DNA of 58,154 bases, filler included, from Sphacelaria rigidula (Eukaryota): assembly GCA_964200075.2 (NCBI GenBank). It is 6 parts of 6 records of this genome, joined end to end, with 100 filler letters (N's around TTAATTAATTAA, not from the genome) between each part and the next. Parts side by side here need not be neighbours in the genome. Positions count along the whole stretch, not along the records: positions 1 to 9,610 come from CAXNAA020008105.1; positions 9,711 to 19,320 come from CAXNAA020008106.1; 4 more parts are not named here. One strand, given 5' to 3'. Positions 1-13,255 of this stretch are shown here, piece after piece. The position numbers were made by a program, and so were the translations under genes. The stretch's first letter is position 1. Each line of letters starts with the position of its first letter. Under the pieces are notes generated by a model that saw nothing but the letters and a program-made list of their open reading frames with translations, ran no database searches and had not been told where the DNA came from.

Positions 1-152
1 CGTCCCGGCTTTGTAGGGATGCGAAGCCAATGGTCTTCTGACTATGGCATGCATGATCATGAGTACCCCTCGGTGATGAGGTTTCGGAGGACCCACAAGT
101 TTATCCCAAGGGGGTAGTACTCAGCGTGACCCAAAAATTCATAGACGCTTAC

Positions 153-220
153 CGTGTCCATGGGATACATGGTGGTGGTGGAAGCCATCCCCGCACACGA
201 CCCCGCGATGATATCCTTTG
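153..220 (-). CDS. Mitochondrial carrier (SLC25 family) exon: (A)KDIIAGSCAGMASTTTMYPMDT
   Basis: Bounded by CAG acceptor (AG at 222-221) and GTAAGC donor (152-147). Encodes a typical carrier helix 1 (IAGxxAG) and the start of the PX[DE]XX[KR] signature (YPMDT). Starts in phase 1, ends in phase 0. Later exons lie outside the contig. Confidence 0.8.
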
Positions 221-3200
221 CTGTCCGACAAAACGTGCGCGAAACAAAATACGCCAACGGGTAGAGGGAGATATGTATGTAGATATAAACTAGGGAACGG
301 AACTTGAAAGCCCAGCGTTTTTTATCGGTGCTATAGCACGCATCCATGATCTACTTCACGGAACCGCACTGCACCGCAGTTCACTGTGCTGAATATTTAG
401 TACATAATTTCCGAGTGCTGTCTACAACCAGCTGCGCTGTTTTTATTTCTCGCCCCTTGAGGCGAGCAAGCACACTGTGACGCGTGGCATGTGATTAGTC
501 GCGCCGCATTTTTCGGCGGAAGAGGCTACCGCAAAAGTTTACATTCCTTGAGCCTTCCAGTCACGCGCGAAGAATGTATCAAGAAAATAGATGAAGCCAT
601 CTAGGAGCAGAAATTACGTGGACCAATCACAGCGTACTTTTTTTTTTTCTGCTCTCGTCACATTTTCTCGCAGCTCCGGAAGAAGACAGCACGTAAATCT
701 CCACCCCTTGAGGCAAGCAAGAAACATCGCCATACACGAGTAATTTCTGCCGAAACGTGAACCGAGTCAAAACGGCACCCCTTACACATTTCGGCGCAAA
801 AATCATCATCGCCGTCCCTCCGGCACACAGGCTACGTGCCGTGGGAGCAACCAACAAAAAGGGGAATGGCACGTGTGGAGGGATTGCAAGCTGCTCCACC
901 AATAAAATCGAGCGACTTGTGCATCTCCGCGTGAATTTTACGTGGAATCTAACCTTGGATATCGTCTGGGGAATGAAAGATTTCCCACTTGTCCAGTGAA
1001 GGTGAACTTGAAAACAAAACAAAAAAACATGTGAAAATATGAAATTCAGAGCAATACAAGGGGTGGTCCAACTACCAAAAATGGCACACCATCATCGACC
1101 TTTAGTTAAGCTCAAACAGGGAGGGGGTGGGAAGTCATTTGAAATGCAAGTAACCAAGTGTAAGAGTCTGTTATCTAGAATCATATACTCGTATAGGGTA
1201 TATCACATGTTTTTAGGAACAAAAAAGGGTAGCACACTTTTCGGTTCGGGACACGGCGCTCCACGCAGGCCGGGCACCACAACACACCTTGCAGTGCCTC
1301 AGCCCCGCGCCCAACGTGCTTGGGCAGCATGCTCAACCTTTATATTACTTTACACACCGCAATAGCCGTAACTAGGGCGCGGAGAAGGAGACCTTGCTAG
1401 AGCACCCTTTTGCTTTGAAAAACCAGCCGGGTATACCCGACTTTCAGCTTGTGAAAGTTATATCGTACCCTTCTTTGTTCATGTGCATACACTTTGAAGT
1501 TCTTTGACGTACACCTGGGTGCCCGTTTTTGTTCAGTGGTGACCCTGCTGCGGGCTCCGCAGTGGACACCCAAATATAAATATATCCCTTTTTTTGCCAA
1601 TATGCACCCTGACGAAAGGACCAAAATACCCTACGACCAAGAAGCCGTGGCCTGCTGCTGGTTGCCCCGCGGTCCCAGAACATCCGGCCACGTGTGCAAG
1701 GAGCGAAAAGTCGTCTGCGGGAGATCACAAATATCCAGAGTGTGAAAAGTCTTGTCGTCACCCGACCGCACTCATGTCATCGTGTGGAGGATCACAGCGT
1801 GACGGGATATGATTTGTGCATTTGTTTAACCTCGTCCTTTTTTCGGCCCCATTTTTGCGGTATACAGGCTGATTCAGGGTGAATGCCCAAAAGTATTCTC
1901 CACTAGATACAGAAAGCAAAAACTGACCCGATAGGAACATATTTGGTATCACAGTGACCCCCACGAGCGATCGAACAGTGTGGCATGGTCAATATTGTTC
2001 TTGCGTCCTTTGCCGTAGGGCTGGTAACGAAAATATATCTCGGTCAATCAGGGGCCTTCAAGTTGCTCTAAAATAAATTTCTACCGGCTTCCGGGGACCT
2101 TTATGCCGGGACCTCCTGAAGCCGGTCCAGATTGTGTCAACCATGGACATTTGTAGCCCAACGCCGGTTAACCCTTAGACCCCAATGCGGGTAGTCCATA
2201 TGGTTCACGCATACTTTTCCGGGTAAAATTGACGGCGATTCAGCAGCTGACCTGCCCTCGTGGTCTAAGGGTTTACTGGCCTCGCTCCGCGAGTGTTTTC
2301 GTTGGGCGCACGTTACTCTACACTATGACGCTGAACGCTATTACTGCTCTGTTCCTATTTCTGTATCCGTGACGGCTAGTACTGTATCCGTTGCTTGTAC
2401 CAACCATCGATGATGCGACAACCGCCTGTTGGTGACGGAAGAGCCTAACTCGACCCTGACGCCAGCCCCGAAATCGCAACAGTACGGTGTTCCACAACCC
2501 GACGCATCACAAAAGACCGACGCGCTGTGAGATGTGAGTCCAGTTTTTGTGTCGATGCGGAGAGACTCGGGAAATATTTCCCGGGAGAAAGGGGTGTGGT
2601 TGTTGTGGCGTCCTTGAACAGCAAATGAGCAAGAAAAGAGCCAAATGTGCGGGCGCCATGGTTGGAATTGGCGCGTAGACTTCCTTGCGCACGATGTGCT
2701 GCATCAGGTACACTGTAGAGAGCATAGCAGAGGTACGTTTTCGGCCGATCGGTGGCCCAGAAAAAGCACGATTGAAAAATATTTCCAAGATCAGGTATAT
2801 ACCTGACCGAAATTTGGCCCAGGAAAGGTAAGCGGTTTCTACAGGCGAGACGTCCGTTTTCGCGTGGCCATATCTCACGAGTAACGTGTTTTCATTATTT
2901 TTCGAGGCCCGGGTGCCAATGACCCCCCCCCCCCCGAGTGGTGTGCGTGAAAAGTTCGGTGTAAAATTTTTGCATTTCTGCTTATTTTTCGTACCTTTCT
3001 CAGGCAAAACACGAGAAAATATTCCTTTTTCTAGGCCACTACCCTTTTGTATTTGTTGATTTCCCAACCCGTGTGCAGATCTGGGCTATTCCCCCCCAAA
3101 CCAGGGCTCTTCACGGTATATGTCACACGTTCGTTACACGTCACAAACGTCACGTCACAAGGGTGTGACGTGACGTGACGTGATGTGTATTTTTTATACG

Positions 3201-3952
3201 TCACATTAACGTCTTTTGAAACGGTTATTGTAACGTCTGAATGAACGTTACAACCGTCACACGCTCAACGTGTACCACAATTAGTTTGAGATTAGCCTAT
3301 GTGATACTCGTATAGTATGATACATGAATTGAAGAAGAGTGTGCATACGTCATCATAATACGCACGCGATGTGAGCGGAAGTTCAGCGCCACGGTAGCAT
3401 GCACCGCCACACCACACCCAAATACCTAAATAGTGCAATGAAGATTGTTCGAGGATGGATGGTTGTATGGATGATTGGTTGGGATTGAGTTTTAATTTTT
3501 TGGACAAGGGAAAGACAATATAGAACAAGCGAATAATATTCCTTGTTACTTTGAAGAGGTATCGATGCAATCGAAGTAATCAGAGACATCGTAACTTTCA
3601 AGAGGTGCGAAGGGTGACACGAACTTGTGACCTTGTGGACAAATTCGGTGGCTCCATTGCTGTCCTATAGTTTTGTTCTTTATTCAGTTGGTTTTGCTTT
3701 GTTTTGTTATCTTACGTTGGTGTTGTTTTGTTTTTCTGTTCTTCTGCCGTCCTTCTCTATTTGAACGATTTTGTGTAAGTTTTTGTCTTTCTTCTTGGCA
3801 CAAAGAGTCATCATGTGTTCCTACCTTCATGATGCCCGCCGCTGCTGGATTCGTACCGGATTATCAGTTCATGTGTATTATATTTAGAGTAGTACAGATC
3901 TGCATACACGCCCTCCTGAGTGAGCAGTTAATTATAGCAATACAGAATCGGA

Positions 3953-4520
3953 TTGCTATGCAGTCTTACCCCAAAAAAAATGCAACAACTCAAATGCCAA
4001 GATGCCCGCATACAAGAATCATACGCACCCCATGTATCTTTCGACGGTTTGGAACTGTATTTTCAGTACGAGTCAAACGTTACGTCGCTTGTGGATTTCT
4101 CCGCCTTGTCCGAACGAACCCGCCTCAAACTTGGCACAGAGGTAGATCACAACACAGACAGCATATTCCCGGATCGGCGGCACGTTTTACGTGGTGCGCC
4201 AGACGCACGAAGCGAATACGGATTTTGGGCAATGCCATCGATACGCCCAAAGGGAGTGTCCCCTCGGCCCAAGCTGGGTGAGACGTGAGTGGATGCATAT
4301 GTCGACACGCACATGCGCTCACTTCCACATAATGATCTGCTGGGTGGCTCCTGCCCCGGCGAACAAAAATCGATCCGTATTGGGCACACTCTGGATGATG
4401 TCATTCTATGCGGTACCCATCTTGGTATGTTATCGCCTGTAGAGGTGCTCACTTCAGGAGGCACGGCCATGCAAGCGTTGTCAGTGCTTGTACGCGCTGA
4501 GACTTCGACCACATGTCATG
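3953..4520 (+). pseudogene. Possible frameshifted hAT transposase remnant
   Basis: Fragments HVSFDG(W) and LKLGTEVDHNTDSIF...HVL loosely resemble the hAT catalytic-D and downstream HT region. Lies inside the TIR-bounded element. Heavily decayed. Confidence 0.3.
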
Positions 4521-4715
4521 TAGACAACAGACAACAACCTCCTCTTGCTGAATCTGGGGTTGCGCAGTGTGTGCGTGCGTATTGGGGCGAAAATATGTCG
4601 GATTCTGTTCCGATATATATATATATATATATATATGTATGTCTTCTTTTGGCGTAAGACTGTATGTGTTGGTGTCCTACGAAATGCCAACCGACTACCA
4701 CGTATCACCAACGTA

Positions 4716-5241
4716 CCGTCAGAGTGCGTGTTGTCGCACGATGCCCCGATCTGGCAGGGGAGTGCGCCGAAAAATAGAGTTCGAAGTGATTTAATTGCAT
4801 TTTCGCACGGGGGTCCTTGAAATCGCACGGGGGTGCGATCATTTCGATGAAATCCATGTCGGGCGCGACTTCGTCTGCTGCTGCGGGAGGATCAGTGAAA
4901 ACAAATTCTGCAAAATTCGCAGAAAACGGTGCATCGTTTTTTTTCTTTTGTTTTGCATCTCCGGCTACAGTATAACCGGTACATTCATGCTATCCTGTCA
5001 CAGCAGTGGCCACAGCGGAGCCGGTTTGTGTTGTCACAGGAACTCAGTATCCCATGGATCCGAGAGATCGCACGGGGGTGCTTTTCAAACTGCAGAAGCA
5101 AGGGATTTAATACGGTTTCTCGCACGAGGGTCCCCAATTTGGCACGGTGCCCTGATTTAGCACGGGGGTGCGGAAAAATCGAAGAAGCAAAACATTTAAT
5201 TGGGCGATCGCACTAGGGTGCGATAACACGCACTCTTACGG
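4716..5241. mobile_element. Tc1/mariner(pogo)-type MITE, 526 bp
   Basis: 24-bp TIR CCGTCAGAGTGCGTGTTGTCGCAC / GTGCGATAACACGCACTCTTACGG (2 mismatches). TA on both sides (4714-15, 5242-43). Internal GCACGGGGGTGC repeats. Confidence 0.85.
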
Positions 5242-5750
5242 TATGATCTGTACATACTTGCGTTTGTATGTGTACATCATGGCCTGCGCGCATCTTCGTA
5301 TCTCACTATCTGATTATCGTACATTGTCGTGATGTACTCGTATATTTCTTCCAAATTGCAACGTGTGAGTCAGGGACGCATGAGCGATACACTAGCTGAA
5401 ACGCAATCTTACATATCAAAATATCAATCAGAACGCGCCTCATGCTCGAACAAGGCAGCCACCGTGAACCTCCTGTACCAGGTTACGGTACATGAAACCG
5501 TAGAACGTCGTATGTAGCGTTCATTTGCCCTCAACAAGGTGGGAGTGTAACGTTTCATTTTACGTTACACGTCACAAACGTCACGTGTATTTAACGTTAC
5601 GTCACAAACGTAATATATATATTATTCGTCACACGTCACAACAAATGTTCCAAAATACGTTACATGTCACAATCAGGTTTCAAAATACGTTCTGTGACGT
5701 TCTGTGACGTATAAATTTTAAAGACGTCACAAGTGTGACGTGGCGTGATG

Positions 5751-6620
5751 TTGATTGATTGATTGATGACTGATTGCCGCACTTTAACTGACCCCCCAGG
5801 GGTCCAGCCGTGGTCTCATGATAGACGTACCCAAGAGAAACGAAACTGAAACACGCTCTGAAGAAAAAAAGGAACATACTTTTTTTCAAATAAAGGTCGA
5901 ACAGAACGTCATAGCAGACTTAGTCGTACAACAACAAAAAAGTAATAAAGAAGTACAAAAAAGCAAAGCACAGAAAGAAATGGCCGGCCTTAATAAAAAA
6001 AAAGGAAAAGAAGAGGGAAGTACAGAGCGAATAAATAAAACACAACAAAACGATGAAAAAAAGGAAAAGGCCCAGGGGATTCAGGGTAGCAGAGTAGATA
6101 CAGATACACACCAGTGGGTACCGCAGAGCCACCGACTAAGGACGTAATTAACAACCGATATGAGAAGACAGGGTTCTCTGATTGGCAGCCCTCGACGCAG
6201 CAGCCTCTCGCTTCTGACGGCGGTCTGATTCTCGCTCGTCCGCGCGTCGCCACGGGTCCTCAAACGCCTCCCCTCCCTTTTCGACTCCAATATGTCATTT
6301 GCCCATGTTCTTCGCCGCAGTGACCCAATCGTATGCATCGTTAACCTCTACACTGTAGGCGAAACACTTTCATCGGGCTCATTTGTGCGGGACAGCCCCT
6401 ATCGCACGAAGGTTCTCCTTTAGGGTATCCTCCCATTGCTTGGGGGGGCGGCCGACCTCCTTGGGTTCTCGTGTGGAAAGCCGACCGTTCATGGCACGCT
6501 TGGGAAGGCATGCGTTCTTCTGCCGGACAAGGGCTCCCGCGAACCAGAGTTGACGTTCGCGTATAGTCGTCTCGATACGTTCGCAGTTGGTCATCTCGAG
6601 CACCGCTCTGATGTACCGGT
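5751..6620 (-). mobile_element. 5'-truncated RTE-clade LINE (ORF C-terminus, 3'UTR and (CAAT)n tail)
   Basis: Peptide IETTIRERQLWFAGALVRQKNACLPKRAMNG...GRPPKQWEDTLKENL matches the RTE C-terminal pattern (R.LRW.GH..R...R.PK; GRP...W.D). The 3' end has a microsatellite tail also found at 16100-16185. Confidence 0.8.
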
Positions 6621-7509
6621 AAAAAATGTGACGTGACGTGTAACGTGTAACGTTAGGAGCCTGAAAAAACAAACTACGAGGTCCGGTGGAGAGGCCCCTC
6701 TATAACTCAAATCTGCGCAATATATACTAGAAGCAAGTGTGAGGTAATCTTGGTCATAAGTTGGGGGTGAAGTCTGAGCCGTTCACCATTAGATGCACTA
6801 CCTGCACTACGCTGTTAGACGGTAGTTCGCGGATTGAACAGTCTAGACTGGTGACCTTGTAGAGACGGAGATTCTATTCGAAGTGTACAGTCAGCAGCTG
6901 ACGAACTACGACACCCCCGGAGTGACGAGTACTTCGATCTCAAGACAGGAAAGCACGCAGCGCGCAGTGAGACGGCCACTATCATCAAATTAGCTGAAGG
7001 ATATTCTTCCAGCGGCACTATTTTGGGTGGCGGCGTGATCGAGCGGCGTGGTCATCGCATTTTTTCAAGACAATCAATGCTAAAAACGGAACCCTTTGGG
7101 GGTGTTATACTCCGCCATCCACTGCTCCCCATGGTTGAATTGGGAAACAGGTCATCCGTGATGATGGAGTAACTGGCTGCCCGAGGTCGCTGGGACGCGC
7201 GGGGGGGCTTAGGGGGCGCTTTGTATGGCGCGCTACCTGAAAAACTTCACCGACTGTGCTGATTGATTTATCCGCATCACCCAGGCGGTATATACTCCTG
7301 TTGGTGCGATCCTCTGGCAGTGTCAGCTGCCAGTTAGCCGCACACTACTATCGTACTGTTGTACTGTAGTCACCATTCCATCCTCTTGCTCTTGACACGA
7401 CGGCCTCGCAGAGCAGGACAGGCGCTTCCATTTGGAAAATCTGTTGCGTTATGCTTACATGGAATACGACGACTACCAAACGAACATACGATGTTTCGAA
7501 TTTACTCAC

Positions 7510-7522
7510 CAGCATCGTGCAT
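7510..7522 (-). CDS. Putative first coding exon of the mitochondrial carrier (ATG CAC GAT GCT G)
   Basis: Followed by a GTGAGT donor (7509-7504). The phase-1 end joins exon 153-220 to give MHDAAKDIIAGSCAG..., implying a 7.3 kb TE-filled intron. The frame stays open upstream to about 7610, so the true start is uncertain. Confidence 0.5.
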
Positions 7523-9039
7523 AGCTGCAGCTTCACGCGCCCTTGCCACGGCGGGGTATAACGGCCGTAAAGATTTTTGTCGTGCGCGAATCGACTGCGC
7601 GTTTGTATCCTAGATATCGTATGTACATTGTGCCGCATGCTACGCGTATATGAGGGATGTTCTATATAATCGACGGGACAGTAATATCGGTGTAAAGTTG
7701 TATATAACAACGAAAAAACAAGACATTTCTCCCTTGAGTATTTCAAGCCCCACCCGCCTGACCCTTGGCTAGTGAAAAATTGAGAGCTAGATCAAGAACA
7801 TGGACTCGAAGTTGAACTATCTAAAGAAGTATGGAGGTGAGGGACAGTTTATATCAATTCCTGGTCGTTTCTGTCAGGAAAAAGTGTTCGTCATAATATC
7901 ATTGGTTGGTCACAAGTATTGGCGACGGAGCATGCTATGCGACCGCCTCCTTCACGATGGGGACGGTCACGGTAGTGGCACCAACGGGAGGTGCTGCTCC
8001 GATACATATGCATTTTGGTGGGCCGTGAGGTGTTGGCGTGATCGCATGTGAAATGGACGTGATACGCGCTTTTCAGGAATGAGTGATACCTTGTATTATA
8101 CCGTTATCTCTGTACTCACCCTCTCTCTAACTCTAACCCTGTTGGTCACGATAGCTGCTGGGTGTATCCAAGGACACACTCTGCGTGCCGTGTGCACCAC
8201 GGACTGTCTAGTCCAGTCTAGTAGATCCATTGAATATAGAGAAGCTTGGCGATGATCGTACGGAAATGCTGCGAGAGCGGGTTAGAGTACGAACTGTCAA
8301 CACAGACACTACTTGTACACAGCTACTGTGTATTGTCGTGTACTGTACAACAGTTGTACAGTTAGGGGTGCGAGCCGGGGGGTGTTATTTCCTGAAAAGG
8401 AGGCTTTACCGGCGCTGGGCTACAAATTTTCATGGTTGACACAATTTCAATTTTACAAGTATCGCTACCCCCAATTCTAACCCTAACCCAACGCATAACG
8501 AGAACCCTCGGGCAAGGGCGGTACTTACATCCCCTAGGCAGAGTGCGGTCTTGGTGGACCCCAAATCGGCGCCTGTGACGCCGATTTCAACGAAAACGCG
8601 TCCTGCGCATGCGAGGAGCACACGGGACTGTCAGCCGTACTAAGATTCCGATTCTCGTTGTACACATCCGAATCAAGTAATATCAACCATGAACATTTTG
8701 TAGCCCAACGCCAGTAAACTCTCTACTGCCGAAAAGTGTCCGGACTCTTCGACAACATTCGTCCGATCATAGACGACTTATATTCGTTTCCTTTTTTCCA
8801 TGTGGATACACATGATGAAAAACGACATCCTTAGCATGGGTAAATCGCGCGTTCAGGCGCCGCTCTACCTGTTCAGACGCTGCACACACCTTCCTGACAC
8901 TCATGCCTGGAATCAGTCGGGTTTTTGTTTTTCAGTATTCCTCAAGCTTTCTCTGAAAATTCGAAAAATATTGCTTTTTACCGTCTGGTGTGCCGAGCGC
9001 AGGACGTTCCCGGAACGCGACTCCGTGGAGACATGAGGC

Positions 9040-9165
9040 ATGCGTTGGGATTTTAACCCTTGGACGACGAGAGTAGGTCATCTATTGAATTGGCATCAAC
9101 TTCACTTGACAAAGATATGCGTGGCCCAGATGGACTACCCTCGCGGTCTGAGGGTTAAGCACACA
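9040..9165 (+). repeat. Dispersed repeat, second copy at about 14770-14880
   Basis: Shared sequence GAGAGTAGGTCATCTATTGAAT.GGCATCAA.TTCACTTGA...CCAGATGGACTACCC. Related pieces at 9711-9810 and 15100-15215. Confidence 0.7.
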
Positions 9166-9610
9166 AAGCGAAAAAACTGCGCTCGAATCGCAATCGTGAG
9201 CGACGGGAAGAGGGGTGATTTAGCCGGCCTATCGATGGATTCTCCTGAACAAGCCACCGGCCTCAACGAAAGCAAATGAAATATAACCGCAGAGACGGGA
9301 CGGGGGCGAGTCAAAGTGGAAGAAGAGGTCTGAGGCCGGATGTTATGGCAACAGATTTTTGGCCCACGGATTGTTAACTTTTTGGCGTTTGACCCCCCTT
9401 TTGACCCCCAAACAGGGAAAATCACCAACACACGTCTTGGACACTTTCCATCACCCCACAGAGAGGAGTCTAGTCTGCTTTTCAGATTCGCTTGGCTCTG
9501 AGGTCTCGAGATTAGCCGCTGAACAATAATCCGTGTGCAACAAAATCTATGACGATCTCCACAGATTATTGGGCAAACTGGCGGGGGTCGGCAAGCACGG
9601 ATATTCGCAC

Positions 9611-9710
9611 NNNNNNNNNNNNNNNNNNNNNNNNNNNNNNNNNNNNNNNNNNNNTTAATTAATTAANNNNNNNNNNNNNNNNNNNNNNNNNNNNNNNNNN
9701 NNNNNNNNNN
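9611..9710. other. Artificial contig linker N44-TTAATTAATTAA-N44
   Basis: The same 100-bp spacer, with stops in all six frames, recurs at 19321-19420, 29030-29129, 38739-38838 and 48447-48546. Confidence 0.98.
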
Positions 9711-10052
9711 CGTGGGACACCCCTTGGACCAGCGGTCAACTTTTTCCTCCCTTTCGGGTAATCAGAATTTGGTGATTTTGAGTCGTGATGATTTGTTCTA
9801 ACCGTGTAAGTTTGTGACTACCTGCGCTGCCCAAGCGGGGGCTTTTTCAGTCTTGATATGCGAAGAATGACGGGCATCCTTTGCATGTGTTCATTGCAGC
9901 ACGCGGGAGGCTCCCCGACGACGCTGGATTGCTCCCCGCACATAGCCCCAGGCATGCACAAGCTGTGATATTTCTGAAATCGAATGCCATAGTCTCGTCT
10001 GTCCCATCACATCCGTGATCGTCGCTGTTTATCGGGGGAAAAACAAGAAATT

Positions 10053-11037
10053 CCAAGGTTGTGTTCTCTATGGTACGAGGATGTTTGATGGGGTATGGTG
10101 TTTCTCACAAAACTCAACAGAACTATTGGGTACCGGCATGGAAGTCGTGCGAAGCTTTTAAAACCTGTCGGGTACGGTAAGAACGTCATACAGAAACCCT
10201 GATATGATGGAGGTATAACTGTGTCTCGGATAAAGGTGAACACTCCGTACAGATCGTTCAGAACTACTGGGTACCGATGTGGGAAGCCTGCAGAACTTAC
10301 AGAACTGTCGCATACTGACATTAAAAGCTTACAGAACTCACAGAAGTGTCCAGTACGAGTATGAGAATCTTGTAGAACTCGACCCTGTCGGGTACGGGTG
10401 ATTTCCGGGTAGATACCAGGAGAATACACGAGAACGTAACATACGAAGCACTATAACCTTGAAATATCCGGAAACCATGCTTAGATCCCGCATGGGCTTT
10501 GCGCAGAGTTGGGCATGGGTTTGGTTTTGGTTCTTCTTTTCCCTCTCGGATACCCCGGAGGACCGTTAAAAATGAAAACAATTGCAAGGCTGTGTTCTGC
10601 AGGATACGAGTCTTTTCGGCAGCGTATAAGGCCTCTCACAAGAACTTATAGAACTAGCGGGTACCGGTATCGGAATCTCATATGACTTGAATAACCGGCC
10701 GGGTACCGTACGAAAGTTGTTAAAAAACCCTCAGCCGCAACCGGGTATTTGTTTCTACAAGGGTATACCCGTGCCCCAGGTAAGGGTGAGCATTTCGTAC
10801 AGATTTCGCAACTGTCGGGTACCGGAACGAGGGCTTACATAACCAGCCGAGTACGGTAAGGAGGTTGTACAAAAACCTTACCCGTAATTGTTTGTACAAG
10901 AGTATACCCGTGCCCCGGGTGAGGGTGGACATTCAGTACAGATTTCAGAACTGTCGGGTACCGGAACGAGAGGGTTACACAACTCGAAGAATTGTCGGGT
11001 AGGGTTTACACCCGGGTTAATACCCCGAGAACACAAA
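10053..11037. mobile_element. One or two non-autonomous TIR elements with GGGTACCG subterminal repeats (hAT-like)
   Basis: Starts CAAGGTTGTGTTCTC (10053), has a second similar start CAAGGCTGTGTTCTG (about 10585) and ends with the inverted GAGAACACAA (about 11037). Many CTGTCGGGTACCGG and CAGAACT motifs. Confidence 0.55.
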
Positions 11038-13184
11038 AAAATCGTACGCAGCAGGAAATGACCGTGCAAAATTCTTGAATTATGTACTGTTGTGCAATAC
11101 TTGAACCCATTTGCACCCTACTACAGAATGATGTCTAGGGTTGCCAGTACTAGAACACCCGCCATCCACTGCTCACAGCTTTTGTTGGCTGAGTGGCTGC
11201 CGAAAGGACATGCTGCGTGTACTGTACTTGGCAGATGAAGTGTGCCGTCAGCACATAACAGACTGTACACCAGTCGTATGTGTGCCCAAGTAGCCGTCAT
11301 CTTGGTTTCAACAAGAGTGCATTATGGGAAGACCCAATATTTTCGTCCATAAGATGATGGATTTCTCATCACGTGCAGTCGCTGATATTCTAAACAAGGC
11401 CCTGCACTAACGTGTTCATCGTGTACCAGACACACGCTCTGATGATAATTTGGGGTCCGTTCCATGCACTGGCAAGGGTATCGGGAACAGCACATCGCGG
11501 TTTCCGTGACGTCCGAGAGATGTGCGCCTCTTCGTTGTTGTTGTTGTTGTGGTGGTGGTGGTCGTGGCGGCGTTTTTTTTTTCCTTGATGGGAGGAGGAA
11601 ACGCAACCGAACACTTACCCCACAAGCGAGTTCGTGTGCCGATCACCCGGCGGCTCGGCTAGACCGCCTCGCGGCAGTCATGTCAGGGATGCTCCCACTA
11701 GAACCCGCCATCATCTTGGCGCAGTGCATGCTCCGCCCTGCTCTTGGGAGCTTCGGCCCTATTCGTGGTGATGGCGATGGTCGGGGCCAATTGCACGCAC
11801 CAGCGACTGACGAGGAAGCTGCCGAAGTCAGATGGCCCGACACACTTTCTGTTCATGTTCATGTTGACGGTTTGCTCGGAAGTGTAAGGAAACATGAGCT
11901 ATGCTGTAGACACCCACCGGCCGCCGCTTGACCTTGCGAAACCGAACCATAAGCTCAATATGAATGAAGATACTGGCTCAAACCAAGGAACACCAAGAAC
12001 GTTCCGCGGGCCAAATATCATATAACATGCCGAGAGGGAGGTACCGCGAATTTGGGGCTCCCTGGAAGTATCTTGCAGTAATCCGTGACCCTGTTTGGCC
12101 GTACGAACAGCTGCATCATTGTTGTAATATGTATTTCATTCATGAATCACAGCGGCTGCCAGACGCATGCTCTGGATATTTCGATGCGAAATTGCTGTAG
12201 TCACGTTCATGTTTCATGCCCAGGTGTTGGTCCAGTTGTGGCTAGTATATATTGCGCTCGTACAGTGTAACCACGGGCTTCGGGGATAGGGCTACTTTGC
12301 GAAAATACTAATAGTAATCATCACTGTGGTTCAGTTCAAGGGAATGTATATATATATATATTGCTTTCTGTTCCGAAAGTATTATCTCGTCTCATTGTTG
12401 TGGGGATCCTCAAAGTTACCTCGACTCACCTAACCTAAACTGTTTATCGAAGCTCGAAATTCAAGTCTTGCACTAGTAAAAACGTTAATAGATGAAATTG
12501 TCGAAGGTTTTTGGACCGTTTTGCTGGACCAGCCTGTATCTTGAGTCTGAGATAAAACCGTACGTCTCATAGTATCACAGATACCATTTGAGCGCTTACA
12601 TATGAACGGATAATGTAGAGCTGGTAACTAATTGTTGAGTGAAGATAATATCGAGTCAAAAGGTGGATTCCCTGAAACGTTCAAGAGGTTGGGCGTTATT
12701 GACGCCCCCAGATACGATGGCTTGAGATGAAAATAGAAACGCAAATGAGGATGAATATACTCCATGTCTGGATGGGGAGTGGCCGAAGAGAACGGTACGA
12801 TCGTTGAAGGTGGAAGCTGGACTTCTTGATGAATACTGCATAACCTGCTGCTGTATGCGACAATTTTTCTGTGGTATTGACGCCAAAATTTTGCCGCTGC
12901 CCCCTCGTGGTCGGTTCAACTTTTACAATTTGAGACCGGTTACTGTGGAGTAGGAGGTTCGATTGCCAGCGGACGTAGTACCATATCCTTATTTCTCTCG
13001 GCACTACGTGGTTCCCGTGGTTGAGAACTTGAGGATGTGAGTAGCAAACAAAAGTTTGACAAAATGCGACGTGGTTGGTGAATGGTGATCCAATCCGCGT
13101 TAGCGAAATGTGAGGCACATACCGGACGAGATATGGGCTGATCCCTTGCGACTATTTCCTCGTCCCGAGAAGCAGGGGGGGGGG

Positions 13185-13255
13185 GGTACTCATTCGTTGC
13201 TTGCCTTAGTCGTTTGACCATTGACCACGCATCCCTTTCGAGACGTAGCAGAGCG
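13185..13255 (-). mobile_element. Isolated LINE 3'-terminal fragment
   Basis: CGTCTCGAAAGGGATGCGTGGTCAATGGTCAAACGACTAAGG matches the end of the LINE at 33238-33300 and the copy at 31983-32042. Confidence 0.7.

Larger units (their letters stand above)
3102..6663. mobile_element. Degenerate hAT-like DNA transposon carrying nested insertions
   Basis: Ends are CAGGGCTC (3102) and GAGCCTG (6663). Dense subterminal GTCAC/GTTAC/GTGAC repeats at 3120-3270, 5545-5750 and 6625-6655. No clean 8-bp TSD. Confidence 0.55.

Noticed and set aside
8120-8495. CTAACCCTAACCC as telomeric sequence
   Set aside because: Only one or two units, embedded in dispersed-repeat sequence.
9655-9666. Recurrent TTAATTAATTAA as a biological motif
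   Set aside because: It is always centred in N runs, so it is an assembly linker with six-frame stops.
12940-13221. ORF containing VCASHF, resembling a THAP motif
   Set aside because: The ORF starts inside a LINE 3' tail and lacks the N-terminal Cys pair and conserved Trp of THAP domains.
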